A DNA stretch of 64,000 nucleotides from an uncultured Candidatus Rokubacteria bacterium (lineage in GTDB: Bacteria > Methylomirabilota > Methylomirabilia > Rokubacteriales > DASRDR01), in NCBI GenBank assembly GCA_963708025.1, contig CAVPSB010000002.1:128001-192000 (forward strand), given 5' to 3'. This document shows positions 19,819-29,922 of the stretch, piece by piece. Both the position numbers and the translations under genes were made by a program. The notes beneath the pieces were generated by a model. The model worked only from the letters and a program-made list of their open reading frames with translations. It had not been told where the DNA came from and did no database searches. Position 1 is the first letter of the stretch. Every line of letters starts with the position of its first letter.

Positions 19819-21699
19819 GTGAACGGCGACCATCCGTGGAACGGCTTCCGGACAGTCCTTTCCGGGGAGAGCGGCTCCTCGTCTCCGGAGGAGTCCGACC
19901 GCCACGTCCTCAAGGTCCTGGTGGTGGACGACGACATCCCGACCCTCGAGTTCCTGGTGGAGGCGTTCGCCGCGAACGGCTGTCTTCCGTCGCGGGCCTC
20001 CAACGCCGAGCAGGCGCTCGGCCTCCTGTCGGGCCAGCCGTTCAACCTCGTCGTGGCCGACATCATGCTGCCGGGCCTGAGCGGGCTCGACCTCTTGCGG
20101 GTCGTCAGGGGAACGCGGCCCCAGACCCCGGTGGTGCTGATCACCGGCCTCCCCTCGGTCAATTCGGCCGTGTTCGGTCTCCGCTACGGCGCCTACGATT
20201 ACCTCTCCAAGCCCTTCTCGATCGCCGAGGTCCAGCGGCTGCTCCAGCACCTCCGCACGGATCTGGATCGGAACGGGTCGGACCGGGCGGCGGCCGGTCT
20301 CGGGGAGGAGCTCGTGCGGCGCGAGCGGGGGATGGAAGGCCTCTTCCGGATCGGCGCCCTGGCCCTCCAGGATGTCGCCCCGGGCGTCTTCGTGGAGACG
20401 GTCCTGGACTACGCGCTGTCTGGCCTGCGGAGTGACGCCGCCCTCCTTGTGCTCGGCGACCAGGATGGGCAGCTCACGCGCACCGGCCGAGGTCGCCCTG
20501 CGCTGGTGAGCCGGCTGTCGAGTCTGTGCGGCGCCTCGGCCGACAGGCTGGCCAGCGGCGGGGCGATGGAGCCCCTGACGGTGACGGGGCCGGAGCATTC
20601 GGTTGCGGCGGTCGCGACCCTGGTGCCCGTCGCGGGGAACGTCATGGGGATCCTGTGCCTGGGGCGGGACCAGCAGCGCGGGACGTTCTTGCCCGACGAG
20701 CACGAGCTCCTCCGCGCCTACGCGCAGGTCATCGCCCTCGGGCTCCAGAAGATCGACCTCCGTGACGAGCCGGAGTCGGACCCTGTCGAGTTCATGTCCG
20801 TCTTCGTGGCGGCCCTCGAATCCCTCGAGTCGAAGACGCCGTACCTGAGGGGTCACTCGGCGCGCGTCTCCCTGTACGCGGGGGAGATCGCGACGAGCCT
20901 GGGGTTGTCCCGGACCCAGGTCGCCGTGATCCGCCGGGCCGGCCTGCTCCACGACCTCGGCAAGCTGGTGCTCCCCGACACCATCCTGCTCAAGCCGGAC
21001 CGGCTGACCCCGGAGGAGTATGCGCTGATCCAGCGCCATCCCGCGATCGGCAGCCGCATTCTCCGGCGGCTCCCGGTCTTCACCGAGGAGGCGGCGGCGA
21101 TCGAGCACCAGCTCGAGCGCTACGACGGCGCCGGCAACCCGGGTGGGCTGAAGGGGGGCGCGATCCCGCTCCCCGCCCGGATCCTCCGGGTGGCGGATGC
21201 CTTCGATGCCATGACCTCGCCCCGTCCGTACCGGCCCGCCCTGTCACCGGAGGCCGCGATGGCCGAGCTCGATGGCGGAGCGGGGATCCAGTTCGATCCG
21301 ATGGTGATCCAGGCGTTTGCCTCGATCCCGCGCGCTCGCCTGGCGGAGATCGGCCGCTACTACGGGAGCCGATCCCGGTCCGAGTCCCCCGGTCCCGATG
21401 GCGGCGAGAGCGCTCCGCCCGCGGGCCCCGGCCGGCACCCGGCCGAGGCGCCGGCGGAGTCGCCGAGCGGGACTGCCGTCGACGGCGCCGAGCCGCGGAA
21501 CGGACGACCTCCGTCCGCGGCCGAGGCGGCGTTCCTGGTCGGGGCCTGGGAGCACCGGGATCTGATCGCGGAGCTGAAGCGCGCGCTCGGTGGGGAGACC
21601 GGATCGGTCCAGGTGACCGAGGATCGACATGCCGACCGGACGATCCCGCCCCGGGACGGGCGTGAAGGCGGCCCGCCCGATCCGGTGACCGGTCCGTAA
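19819..21699 (+). CDS. Response regulator with REC, GAF-like and HD-GYP domains (start uncertain)
   Basis: VLVVDDD, DIMLPG, YLSKPF; GHSARV, LHDLGK, ARILRVADAFDAMTSPRPYR. Confidence 0.85.
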   Translation: MNGDHPWNGFRTVLSGESGSSSPEESDRHVLKVLVVDDDIPTLEFLVEAFAANGCLPSRASNAEQALGLLSGQPFNLVVADIMLPGLSGLDLLRVVRGTRPQTPVVLITGLPSVNSAVFGLRYGAYDYLSKPFSIAEVQRLLQHLRTDLDRNGSDRAAAGLGEELVRRERGMEGLFRIGALALQDVAPGVFVETVLDYALSGLRSDAALLVLGDQDGQLTRTGRGRPALVSRLSSLCGASADRLASGGAMEPLTVTGPEHSVAAVATLVPVAGNVMGILCLGRDQQRGTFLPDEHELLRAYAQVIALGLQKIDLRDEPESDPVEFMSVFVAALESLESKTPYLRGHSARVSLYAGEIATSLGLSRTQVAVIRRAGLLHDLGKLVLPDTILLKPDRLTPEEYALIQRHPAIGSRILRRLPVFTEEAAAIEHQLERYDGAGNPGGLKGGAIPLPARILRVADAFDAMTSPRPYRPALSPEAAMAELDGGAGIQFDPMVIQAFASIPRARLAEIGRYYGSRSRSESPGPDGGESAPPAGPGRHPAEAPAESPSGTAVDGAEPRNGRPPSAAEAAFLVGAWEHRDLIAELKRALGGETGSVQVTEDRHADRTIPPRDGREGGPPDPVTGP

Positions 21700-23608
21700 T
21701 TACCGGCTGCTGTCGCTCTCCCGGATCACGCCCAGCAGCCCCTCGCCGTAGCGCTCGATCTTGTGGGGACCGATGCCGTGGGCGAGCGCCAGGTCGTCGA
21801 GCGTCCGCGGGCGCAGGCGCGCGATGTCGCGCAGCGTGCGGTCGCTGGCGATGACGAAGGGGGCGACCCCCGCCTCGCGGGCCAGCCCCAGGCGGTGGCG
21901 CCGCAGCGCCTCGAAGAGGGTCTGGCCGGCCGCGTCGAGCTCGTCCCCCTCGTCGGCCGCCCGGGCGCGCGGCCCGCCGGGGCGTCCGCTCGGGCCCGGG
22001 CGCCGGGTGAGCCGGCGGCGGCAGCAGGATGCGGGCCGGCCGGGTGCCCTTCATGACGGCCCGGCCCTCCTCGGTCAGGAGGACCACCGGCCGGTCGCCG
22101 CCGCTGAAGCCGATCCACCCGGCCGCCACGCACCGGCGCAGGAGCCGGAGCAGCCACTCCTCGGGATGCTCGCGCAGGTTCCCGAACGTGGGCACCTGCG
22201 TGAGGCCGGCGCGCTCGAGCCGGGGATCGGGCTCGCCGCGGACGAGCCGCACGACCATCCCGAGGCCGAAGCGGTCGTGGAGGCGCGCCACCCCCGAGAG
22301 CGCCTTCCGGACGATGAGCGTGACCGCGTCCGGGTCCTCGGCCGCGTCGCCGCGGGCGAGCGCGCGGCACACGTCACACCGGCCGCAGCCGGCCAGCGTC
22401 TCCGCCTCGTCGCCGAAGTAGCGGAGGATGGCGTCGTGCCGGCAGCTCCCCGTGTCGGCCCAGCGCATCAGCTCCAGGAAGAGGCCCCACTTGTGCTCGA
22501 GCACCGCCGGGTCGGGCGGGGCGCCGTCCTCGCCTCCGTGCTCGATCAGCCGGCGGCGGAGCGGCAGGTCGCTCGCGCTCACGAGCAGGAGCCCGATGGC
22601 GTCCTGCCCGTCGCGTCCCGCGCGGCCGACCTCCTGGTAGTAGGCCTCGATCGACCCGGGCGGGCCCAGGTGCACGACGGCGCGGACGTCGGGCCGGTCG
22701 ATGCCCATCCCGAAGGCGTTGGTGCCGGCGACGATCTCCAGTCGGCCCTCGGCGAAGTCGCGCTGGACGCGGTCGCGGGTGGCGCCGGCGAGCCCGGCGT
22801 GATAGGCGGCGGCGCGCCAGCCCCGGGCCGCCAGGCGCTCCGCCTCCGCCTCGGCGCCCTTGCGCGTCGGCGCGTACACGATGGCCCGGCCGCGCCCGGC
22901 GCCCGGCGCCGCCAGCGCCTCGGCCAGCGTCGCGTCCACCAGGCGGGCGCGCTCGCGGGCGCCGCCGGCCTCGCGGGCGCGCAGGGCGAGGTTCGGCCGG
23001 GCGAAGCCGTGCACGATCTGGGGCGTGTCGGGCGGCAGGCCGAGGCGCGCCACGATCTCGTCACGCACCACCGGCGTCGCGGTCGCCGTGCAGGCCAGCA
23101 CGCGCGGCGGGCGCAGGTGGGCGAGGAGCGCGCCGATCTCGAGGTACTCCGGGCGGAAGTCGTGGCCCCACTCGCTGATGCAGTGCGCCTCGTCGACCGC
23201 GACCAGCGGGCAGGCGAGCGCGGCGAGCGTCTCCCGGAACCAGGGCGCGACCAGCCGCTCGGGCGCCACGTAGACGAGCCGGACCGCGCCGCGCGCGACC
23301 TGCCCGAGCCGGCGGCGCAGCTCGCCCGCCTCGAGCGTGGCGGCCAGGAAGGTGGCGGCCACGCCGCGCGCCGTCAGCGCCTCCACCTGATCGTGCATGA
23401 GCGAGACGAGCGGCGAGATGACGAGCGTCGTGCCGGGGAGGAGGCTGGCGGGGAGCTGGTACGTCAGGCTCTTCCCGCCGCCGGTGGGGGCGACCAGCAG
23501 GAGGCGCCCGCGCTCCAGGAGCGTCTCGATCGCCTCGCGCTGGCCCGGGCGGAACGTCGCGTAGCCCAGCCGGCGGAGGCCCGCGTCGAGCTCGGCTGGC
23601 GAGGGCAT
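21700..23608 (-). CDS. recQ: ATP-dependent DNA helicase RecQ with HRDC domain, frameshift near 21960
   Basis: FRPGQ, PTGGGKS, VDEAHCISEWGHDFRPEY, AFGMGIDRPDVR, YYQEVGRAGRDG, Zn-binding CR...CGRCDVC, HRDC in adjacent frame ending TAA at 21700. Confidence 0.93.
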
Positions 23609-23855
23609 GGACTGGATCAGGCCGGGTGCAGGATTACCCATGGTCACTCGGCGAGGCGCGGCAGCCGGCGTCTCCCCTCCGGTGGCTGCTGATGCACCGC
23701 CCACCCGGGATCGGCAATTCGGCGTCTCCCCGCACCCCGTAGCATGGGGCGTGCCCGGGGTGCCGTGGCCCGCGCCAGGCCCTTGCGACGCGGGGTTGCG
23801 GTCGAGCGCTTCCGTGAGGCGTCCGAGGGAGTGTCACCGGAAGGATACGCCAGGG

Positions 23856-24728
23856 TCACCCGCGGAACCGGGCCTCGGGCAGGCCCCGCACGCCCGGGTC
23901 GAGCGCCAGGATGCCCCCGGCCCACGGCTGCCGGGCGCGGGCCTCGGCCGTCAGGGTGACCGACGCCGAGGTCACGTACAGCACGTCCAGGTCCGGTCCG
24001 CCGAAGGCCGGGCAGGTCGGCTGCTGGACCGGCAGCCTGACGACGCGCTCGACCCGGCCGGCGGGATCGAGCCGGGTCAGTCGCCACCCGCCCCAGTGCG
24101 CGAGCCAGACGAAGCCCTCGGCGTCGACCGTCGCCCCGTCGGGAGCCCCGTCGGCGGCCGGCACCTCGAGGAACGTCCGCCGGTTGGCGATGGCGCCTGC
24201 GTCCGGGTCGAAGTCCCAGGCCCAGACCGTCCGGCGGGCGGTGTCGGCGTGGTACATCGTTCGGCCGTCCGGGCTCCAGCAGAGCGCATTCGGGCAGACG
24301 AGGCCATCGACCAGCCGGTGACACGAGAGGTCGGCGTCGAGCCGGTAGAGGCTCCCGGTCGGCTCGGTTTCCGGGTCGTGCATGCTGCCCGCCCAGAAGC
24401 GGCCCTGGCGGTCGGTCTTCCCGTCGTTGAAACGGTTCTGCGGCCGCTCGGGCTCGGGGTGAACGATCGGGGTCGTCCCGCCGGTCGCCGGATCGAAGAA
24501 GTGGAAGCCCGAGCGCATGGCCACGACCAGCCCGCCCTGCGCGCGCACGGCGAGCGACCCCACGGGCTCGGTCACCGGCCAGCGCGTGTCGGCTCCGGTG
24601 GCCGGATCGAACCGGTGGATCGCTCGCCCCTTGATGTCGGTCCAGTAGAGCCGCCGCTCGAGCAGATCCCAGACCGGTCCCTCGCCGAGCACCGCGTTCG
24701 CTTCGAGCACGCACGTGACGTCGGTTAT
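23856..24728 (-). CDS. SMP-30/gluconolactonase family protein (xylonolactonase-like); probable ATA start, alternative GTG at 24710
   Basis: LGEGPVW, RFNDGKTD..GRFWAGSM, PDGATVDAEG, CPAFGG; GGGAGG-7nt-ATA ACC GAC GTC. Confidence 0.9.
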   Translation of the reverse strand: MTDVTCVLEANAVLGEGPVWDLLERRLYWTDIKGRAIHRFDPATGADTRWPVTEPVGSLAVRAQGGLVVAMRSGFHFFDPATGGTTPIVHPEPERPQNRFNDGKTDRQGRFWAGSMHDPETEPTGSLYRLDADLSCHRLVDGLVCPNALCWSPDGRTMYHADTARRTVWAWDFDPDAGAIANRRTFLEVPAADGAPDGATVDAEGFVWLAHWGGWRLTRLDPAGRVERVVRLPVQQPTCPAFGGPDLDVLYVTSASVTLTAEARARQPWAGGILALDPGVRGLPEARFRG

Positions 24729-24731
24729 TTG

Positions 24732-24824
24732 GGGACCTCCCGCCTACCCCCCCCCTCAACCCCCCTCGCCCACCCATGGACGGTCTTCGGCCTTTGGCTG
24801 GGGGGAGGGGGGAGTCGGAGGCCC
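24732..24824 (-). repeat. Palindromic intergenic repeat, family A copy 2
   Basis: Reverse complement of the 3171-3258 element; its end provides the lactonase SD. Confidence 0.85.
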
Positions 24825-24832
24825 GCACTGCT

Positions 24833-25726
24833 TCACACGGTCTCCGGGGTCAGGGTGATCGTCGCCGCGAGGGTCTCGCCGGGCTCGAGGGTCCGGAGCC
24901 CGGTGTCCGGCCGTCCGGCGGCGGCGAGGTTGACCGCGTCGGTCACGTGGCTGACCGGCTCCGCGCAGAAGAAGGCCTGGCCGGGCGGCGTGTAGAGCAC
25001 GAGGAAGTCGAGCGGCCCCTCTGCGGTCATGGCGAGGCGGGCTCCCCACTCCGGCCACTCGACCACGACATGCCGACTCCAGCCAGTGAAACAGTTGTCG
25101 AGGCCGACCGCGTCGAGGCGGATGCCCCGCGCGGGGTCCGACCCCGGCGGCGGCATCGCCAGCGTCGTCGGCATGACCTCGCGGTCGGTCAGCCACATGC
25201 CGGTCACCCCGGCCTCCAGCGTGGCCCGGGGCGTTCGCACGAAGTAGGGGTGCCAGCCGAGACCCGCCGGCATCGCGGCCTCGCCCTCGTTGGTCAGCGC
25301 CAGCTCCACCGTCAGGCGCTCGGGTGCCAGGGCGACGCGCTGGCGGGCCCGGTAGGCCCACGGCCAGGCGTCCGCCGGGTGCCGGTACTCGATCTCGGCG
25401 TGCGCGGCGTCCACCGCCACCGGGTGCCATGCGGCCTGCCACCCGTGGCCGTGCATGCAATGGGGCAGGGGCGGGCAGTTCAGCGGCAGGGCGACCGCCC
25501 GGCCGCGGAAGCTGAAGCGTCCCTCCCGGATCCGGTTGGAATACGGGACGAGCGGAAAGGCCGCCATGCCGTAAGCGTCGCGCCGGGTGACGGCGTCGGT
25601 CGCGGCGGGGCGTAGCCACTCGATCGGGGTCGCGGCCGTCTCGCGCCAGTACCGGGCGATCGACCCGCCGACGGCCGGGGTCAGCACGAGTCCGGCGTCG
25701 CCCGCGCGCAGCGTGATCGGTTGCAT
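24833..25726 (-). CDS. Aldose 1-epimerase (mutarotase) family protein
   Basis: FPLVPYSNRI, HGHGW, YPWAY-like segment, GLGWHPYF, FCAEPVSH. Confidence 0.9.
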   Translation of the reverse strand: MQPITLRAGDAGLVLTPAVGGSIARYWRETAATPIEWLRPAATDAVTRRDAYGMAAFPLVPYSNRIREGRFSFRGRAVALPLNCPPLPHCMHGHGWQAAWHPVAVDAAHAEIEYRHPADAWPWAYRARQRVALAPERLTVELALTNEGEAAMPAGLGWHPYFVRTPRATLEAGVTGMWLTDREVMPTTLAMPPPGSDPARGIRLDAVGLDNCFTGWSRHVVVEWPEWGARLAMTAEGPLDFLVLYTPPGQAFFCAEPVSHVTDAVNLAAAGRPDTGLRTLEPGETLAATITLTPETV

Positions 25727-25784
25727 CCTCTCTGAGGAGAGTAGCCGGTGGCGCGCCGGTCGGCAAGCGCGCTTCGGCCGCGTC

Positions 25785-27230
25785 TTGATGGTCTATAGAA
25801 ATGTCCTCCCGAACTGTTCAGTAGAAATGTCCTCCCATGGAGACATGGGAGACCGTCAGGATGAGTCGCAAGGAGGCCCCCCGGGCCGGGCTGGTCAAGG
25901 CGGCCCTGGCCGGGCAGTTCAGCAATGCCGAAGGGGCGCACGCCCTCCAGATCAGTGTGCGGCAGTTCCGCCGCCTCAAAGCCCGCTATCGGGAGCGGGG
26001 GGTCCGGGGCCTGGTGCACGGGTTGCGGGGGCAGGCTTCCCCGCGGGCGCTGGAGGTCGAGGTCCGGGACCGGGTGCTCGAGCTCATCCAGACCACCTAC
26101 CGGGAGCTCAATGACACGCACTGCACCGAGAAGCTCGGGGAGGTGGAGGGCCTGGGGCTCAGTCGCAGCACCGTCCGCCGGCTCCGCCTCGGCCTGGGCC
26201 TGCCGGCCAAGCGGCGCCGGCGGCCCCGACAGCACCGCGCGCGCCGCCCCCGGCGCCCCGCGATGGGGGCGCTCGTCCTGGTTCGACGGCAGCCAGTTCG
26301 ACTGGCTCAGCACCGGGACCCCGCTGGTCCTGCTCGGCGCCATCGACGACGCCACCGGGACCGTCCTCGCCCTGCACTTCCGGCCCGCGGAGGACCTGCA
26401 CGGCTATCTCACCCTGCTTCGCCGGCTGGCCGAGGCTTACAACGTCCCCGTGAGCCTCTACGGCGACCGCCTCGGCGTCTTTGTTCGCAACGACGCCCAC
26501 TGGAGCCTGGCGGAAGAGCTCCAGGGGGCCCAGGACCCGACGCACTTCGGGCAGGTGCTCCGGGAGCTCGGGATCGGCTACATTGCCGCCCACTCCCCGC
26601 AGGCCAAGGGCCGCATCGAACGCCTCTGGGCCACCCTCCAGGACCGGCTCGTCGCCGAGCTCCGCCTCCGCGGGATCCAGACCGTCGCGGCGGCCGAAGC
26701 CTTCCTTCCGAGCTTCCTCGCCGTCCATAACCGGCGCTTCGCCCGGCCGCCCGCCCAGGCCGTGCCCGCGTGGCGCCGGCCGCCGCGCGACTTCGCCGAG
26801 CGCCTGTGCTGCCGCTACCTCCGCCGCATCGCCCGCGACAATACCGTCCGGCTCGGCCCGCGCGTGGTGGTGATCCCGCCCGGCCCCCACGGCCGGTCCT
26901 ACGCGGGCTGCCGCGTCGAGCTCCGCGAATGCCTGGATGGGCGGCTCCTCGTCCACTACCAGGGGACCTGTCTCATCACCGATCCCGCTCCCGCGACCGA
27001 GTTCGTCCTGGTGCCCCGCCGCGCGCAACGCCTACGCGCCTCCAGGAGCGCGTCCGAGGAGGGGGGCCGCCATCTCCCCCTTACCCCCAAACGCCCCGCG
27101 TCGCCGCTCACCGCGCTGGCTGAGCTCGCCCAGCACCTGCGGCGGCCCGCCCGCCCCCACCCCTGGCGGCAGACCTTCTCCCGCCGGCAACGGGAGCGCA
27201 ACCGTCAACGCACCCTCCAAGGGGGTGGAC
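25785..27230 (+). mobile_element. ISNCY/IS1202-like insertion sequence; right end apparently missing
   Basis: Tandem TAGAAATGTCCTCCC at 25796-25810 and 25822-25836 before the transposase; no complementary GGACATTT repeats after the gene. Confidence 0.75.
25837..27230 (+). CDS. ISNCY family DDE transposase, frameshift near 26281
   Basis: HTH N-terminus (SVRQFRRL..RY...G..GL.HG), DGS.FDW, IDDATG, YGDR, SPQAKGRIERLW.TLQDRL..EL. Confidence 0.88.
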
Positions 27231-27343
27231 GGCAGCCCTGGTGGCGCGGCGGCCCGGACGTGGCCCGCGACCGGCCGCGCGGCCGCGCGCCGTCCGGCTG
27301 TGGTAGCGTGACGGCGGCCGCGTCGCGCGGCGAGGAGGACGTC

Positions 27344-28111
27344 ATGCAACGATACGCCTCGTATCCCAGCCTGATGGATCGCGTCGTGTTCGTCACCGGG
27401 GGCGGCAGCGGCATCGGGGGATCCATCGTCGAGCACTTCTGCGCGCAGGGCGCCCGCGTCGCCTTCGTGGACATCGACCGGCCGGCGTCGGAGGCGCTGG
27501 TCGCCGCCGTCGGCGCCCGCGGCCATCCCACGCCGTGGTTCATCTCCTGCGACCTGCGGGACATCGCCGCGCTCCGGGCGGCGGTGGCCGAGGCCCGGGC
27601 GCGGCTCGGCCCCATCCGCGTCCTGGTCAACAACGCCGCCAACGACGAGCGCCACCCCATCGACCGCGTGACGCCCGAGTACTGGGACGACCGCTTCGCC
27701 GTGAACCTGCGGCACCAGTTCTTCGCGGCCCAGGCGGTCTACCCGGACATGGCCGCCGCGGGCGGCGGGTCGATCGTCAACCTCGGCTCGACGTCGTGGG
27801 TGATCGGCCAGGGGGGCATGCCGGGGTACACGACCGCGAAGTCGGCGGTCGCCGGCCTGACGCGCGCCCTCGCCCGCGACCTGGGGCCGATGAACATCCG
27901 GGTGAACTGCATCCTGCCCGGCTGGATCATGACCGAGCGGCAGATCCGGATGTGGCTCACGCCGGACGGGGAGGCGGAGCTGCTCCGCCGGCAGTGCCTC
28001 AAGCGGAAGCTCGGGCCGGAGGAGATTGCCCGCGTCGTCCTCTTCTTCGCCGCCGACGACAGCGAGGCCTGCACCAACCAGAGCTACATCGCGGACGGCG
28101 GCTGGGTCTGA
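27344..28111 (+). CDS. SDR oxidoreductase, D-xylose dehydrogenase-like (Caulobacter XylB type)
   Basis: GAGGAGG SD; YPSL, TGGGSGIG, NNAANDERH, VNLRHQFF, YTTAK, PGWIMTERQ. Confidence 0.88.
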   Translation: MQRYASYPSLMDRVVFVTGGGSGIGGSIVEHFCAQGARVAFVDIDRPASEALVAAVGARGHPTPWFISCDLRDIAALRAAVAEARARLGPIRVLVNNAANDERHPIDRVTPEYWDDRFAVNLRHQFFAAQAVYPDMAAAGGGSIVNLGSTSWVIGQGGMPGYTTAKSAVAGLTRALARDLGPMNIRVNCILPGWIMTERQIRMWLTPDGEAELLRRQCLKRKLGPEEIARVVLFFAADDSEACTNQSYIADGGWV

Positions 28112-28290
28112 TCGGGGTCACTCCCCGCCGCTGCCGGTCAGCCGTTCGTGCTATAGTGACCGGGTATTGCCGGCTCACCGCCCGCTCGGAGCGGAGCGGG
28201 TCCGGCCTCGCCTCCGATAGCCCTCCGCTTGTCCGGGGCGTGAGCTGAAGTGCGGGACCGATCAGCCAACCGAAGAACTCGGGGTGTTCG

Positions 28291-28533
28291 ATGAGTCGAG
28301 CTCAGCCGCGCCAGTTCTGGTGCCCGGTGGTGTCCGAATCGGTGCTGATCCGGCTGAAGCGGCCGGGTGGACTGTCGCGATCATCGGGGTACTTCGTCCA
28401 GTGCAACCAGGAAGAGTGCCAGTACGTTGACGAGAACAAGCCGCCGTGTCCGCTGCACGCTGGCATGTTCACCGACGAGATCGCGGCCGTCGAGGAAGCG
28501 CGGGCGGCCCGGCGCGACCTCGGGGACCGCTAA
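28291..28533 (+). CDS. Small Cys-rich hypothetical protein
   Basis: WCP...QCNQEECQY...PCPL; TG-C-TATAGT promoter candidate at 28149-28157. Confidence 0.65.
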   Translation: MSRAQPRQFWCPVVSESVLIRLKRPGGLSRSSGYFVQCNQEECQYVDENKPPCPLHAGMFTDEIAAVEEARAARRDLGDR

Positions 28534-28650
28534 GGACCTTCGGGGGGGCCGCTCCTCCCGGCAGGACGCGCCGTTCGACGGTGACCCTCGCAATCGGCGT
28601 CGGCCACCCCGCATGGAAGGGAACCTTCCGGTGCCGGAAATGGGGGAGCC

Positions 28651-28872
28651 ATGGCCACGCCTCACTTGCTGTGCCCCGCGTGTTCGCGCCCGATCCTGCC
28701 CGGCGGACCCCGTGTTCCTGGACACGGAGCGCCGGCTCACGCGAAATGTCTGGACTCGCCCGGCTCCATCAATACCTGGCCGGAGGGAGTTCGCCATCTC
28801 CTCTGCCTGAACTGCGGTCGGGCCTTCGAGAGCGACTCGAAGGCCCAGCGTCTCTGCCGGCCCTGCCGGTAG
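28651..28872 (+). CDS. Small putative double zinc-finger protein
   Basis: GGGGAG SD; CPAC...HAKC...CLNC...CRPC. Confidence 0.65.
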   Translation: MATPHLLCPACSRPILPGGPRVPGHGAPAHAKCLDSPGSINTWPEGVRHLLCLNCGRAFESDSKAQRLCRPCR

Positions 28873-28931
28873 CGGGTCACGCGAGACCGGTCGGTCGCTG
28901 AGACGGGACGCGGCCGCGCCCCGCGCGCCGC

Positions 28932-29790
28932 TCAGGGGCCGCGCCGCGGACCGCCGGCACCGGCGGTGATGGGCCGCAGCTGCGGCCCCTGGGGCGTGTC
29001 CTCGACCGCGAAGCCCAGCGCCTTGATCTCCGCGCGGAGCGCGTCGGCCTCGGCGAACCGTCGCTCGCGCCGGAGCCGCTCGCGCTCGTCGGCGAGCGCC
29101 GCCGCCCGGTCGCGGTCGCGCCCCCCCGCCGCCACCCGGAGGGTGTCCAGCTCGCGCAGCCGCTGGGCCGCGTGCCCGAGCTGGAGGCCGAAGACGCGGT
29201 CCATCGCCTGCACGGTTGGCGCCACCTGGGCCGGCGGCGCGTCCGACCGCACGGCGTCCCACAGGGCCGCCAGCCCCCGCGCCGTGTTGACGTCGGCGGC
29301 GATCGCCTCCTCGAACGCCGCCAGGGGCGCGGCCAGCGGCGCCGCTTCTGCCGGCGCCGGCAGCTCCCGGCAGCGCTGCCACAGCCGCTCCAGCCCGGCC
29401 TGGGCGGCCGCCAGCGCCTCCCACGTGAAGTTCAGCTCGTTGCGGTACAGGCTGGAGAGGAAGAGGTAGCGCAAGGCGAAGGGGCTGACGCCGCGGGCGA
29501 CGACGTCCTCGATGGTGTAGAGGTTGCCGAGCGACTTCGACATCTTCTGGCCGTCCACGAGCAGGAAGGCGGAGTGGAGCCAGTAGCGGACGAACGGCCG
29601 GCCGGTGGCCGCCTCCGACTGGGCGATCTCGTTGGTGTGGTGCACGGGGACGTGGTCGATCCCGCCGGTGTGGATGTCGAGCGTCTCCCCCAGGTAGCGC
29701 ATGCTCATGGCGGAGCACTCGATGTGCCAGCCGGGGAAGCCCTCGCCCCACGGGCTCGGCCACTTCATGATGTGGGTGGGCTGTTTTCAC
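28932..29790 (-). pseudogene. cysS: Cysteine--tRNA ligase, C-terminal half only
   Basis: W.SPWG.GFPGWHIECSAM, DIHTGGIDH..VHHTNEIAQSE, KMSKS, ADALR; HIGH-containing N-terminus absent. Confidence 0.85.
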
Positions 29791-29922
29791 GTGCCGACGC
29801 CCACGTGCCTCACGGATGCGCTCGGCTGGCCTGGGGGAACCACCGTTGCGCGGTTGCTGCGCGCCAGCGTTCTTCAGTACACTCCACGTCGTTGGATGAT
29901 CCCGGGGTGAGGGAGGCCGGGG

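Noticed and set aside
25925-28111. 728-aa transposase-SDR fusion protein
   Set aside because: The SDR has its own SD, ATG and promoter candidate. The open frame results from loss of the IS right end.
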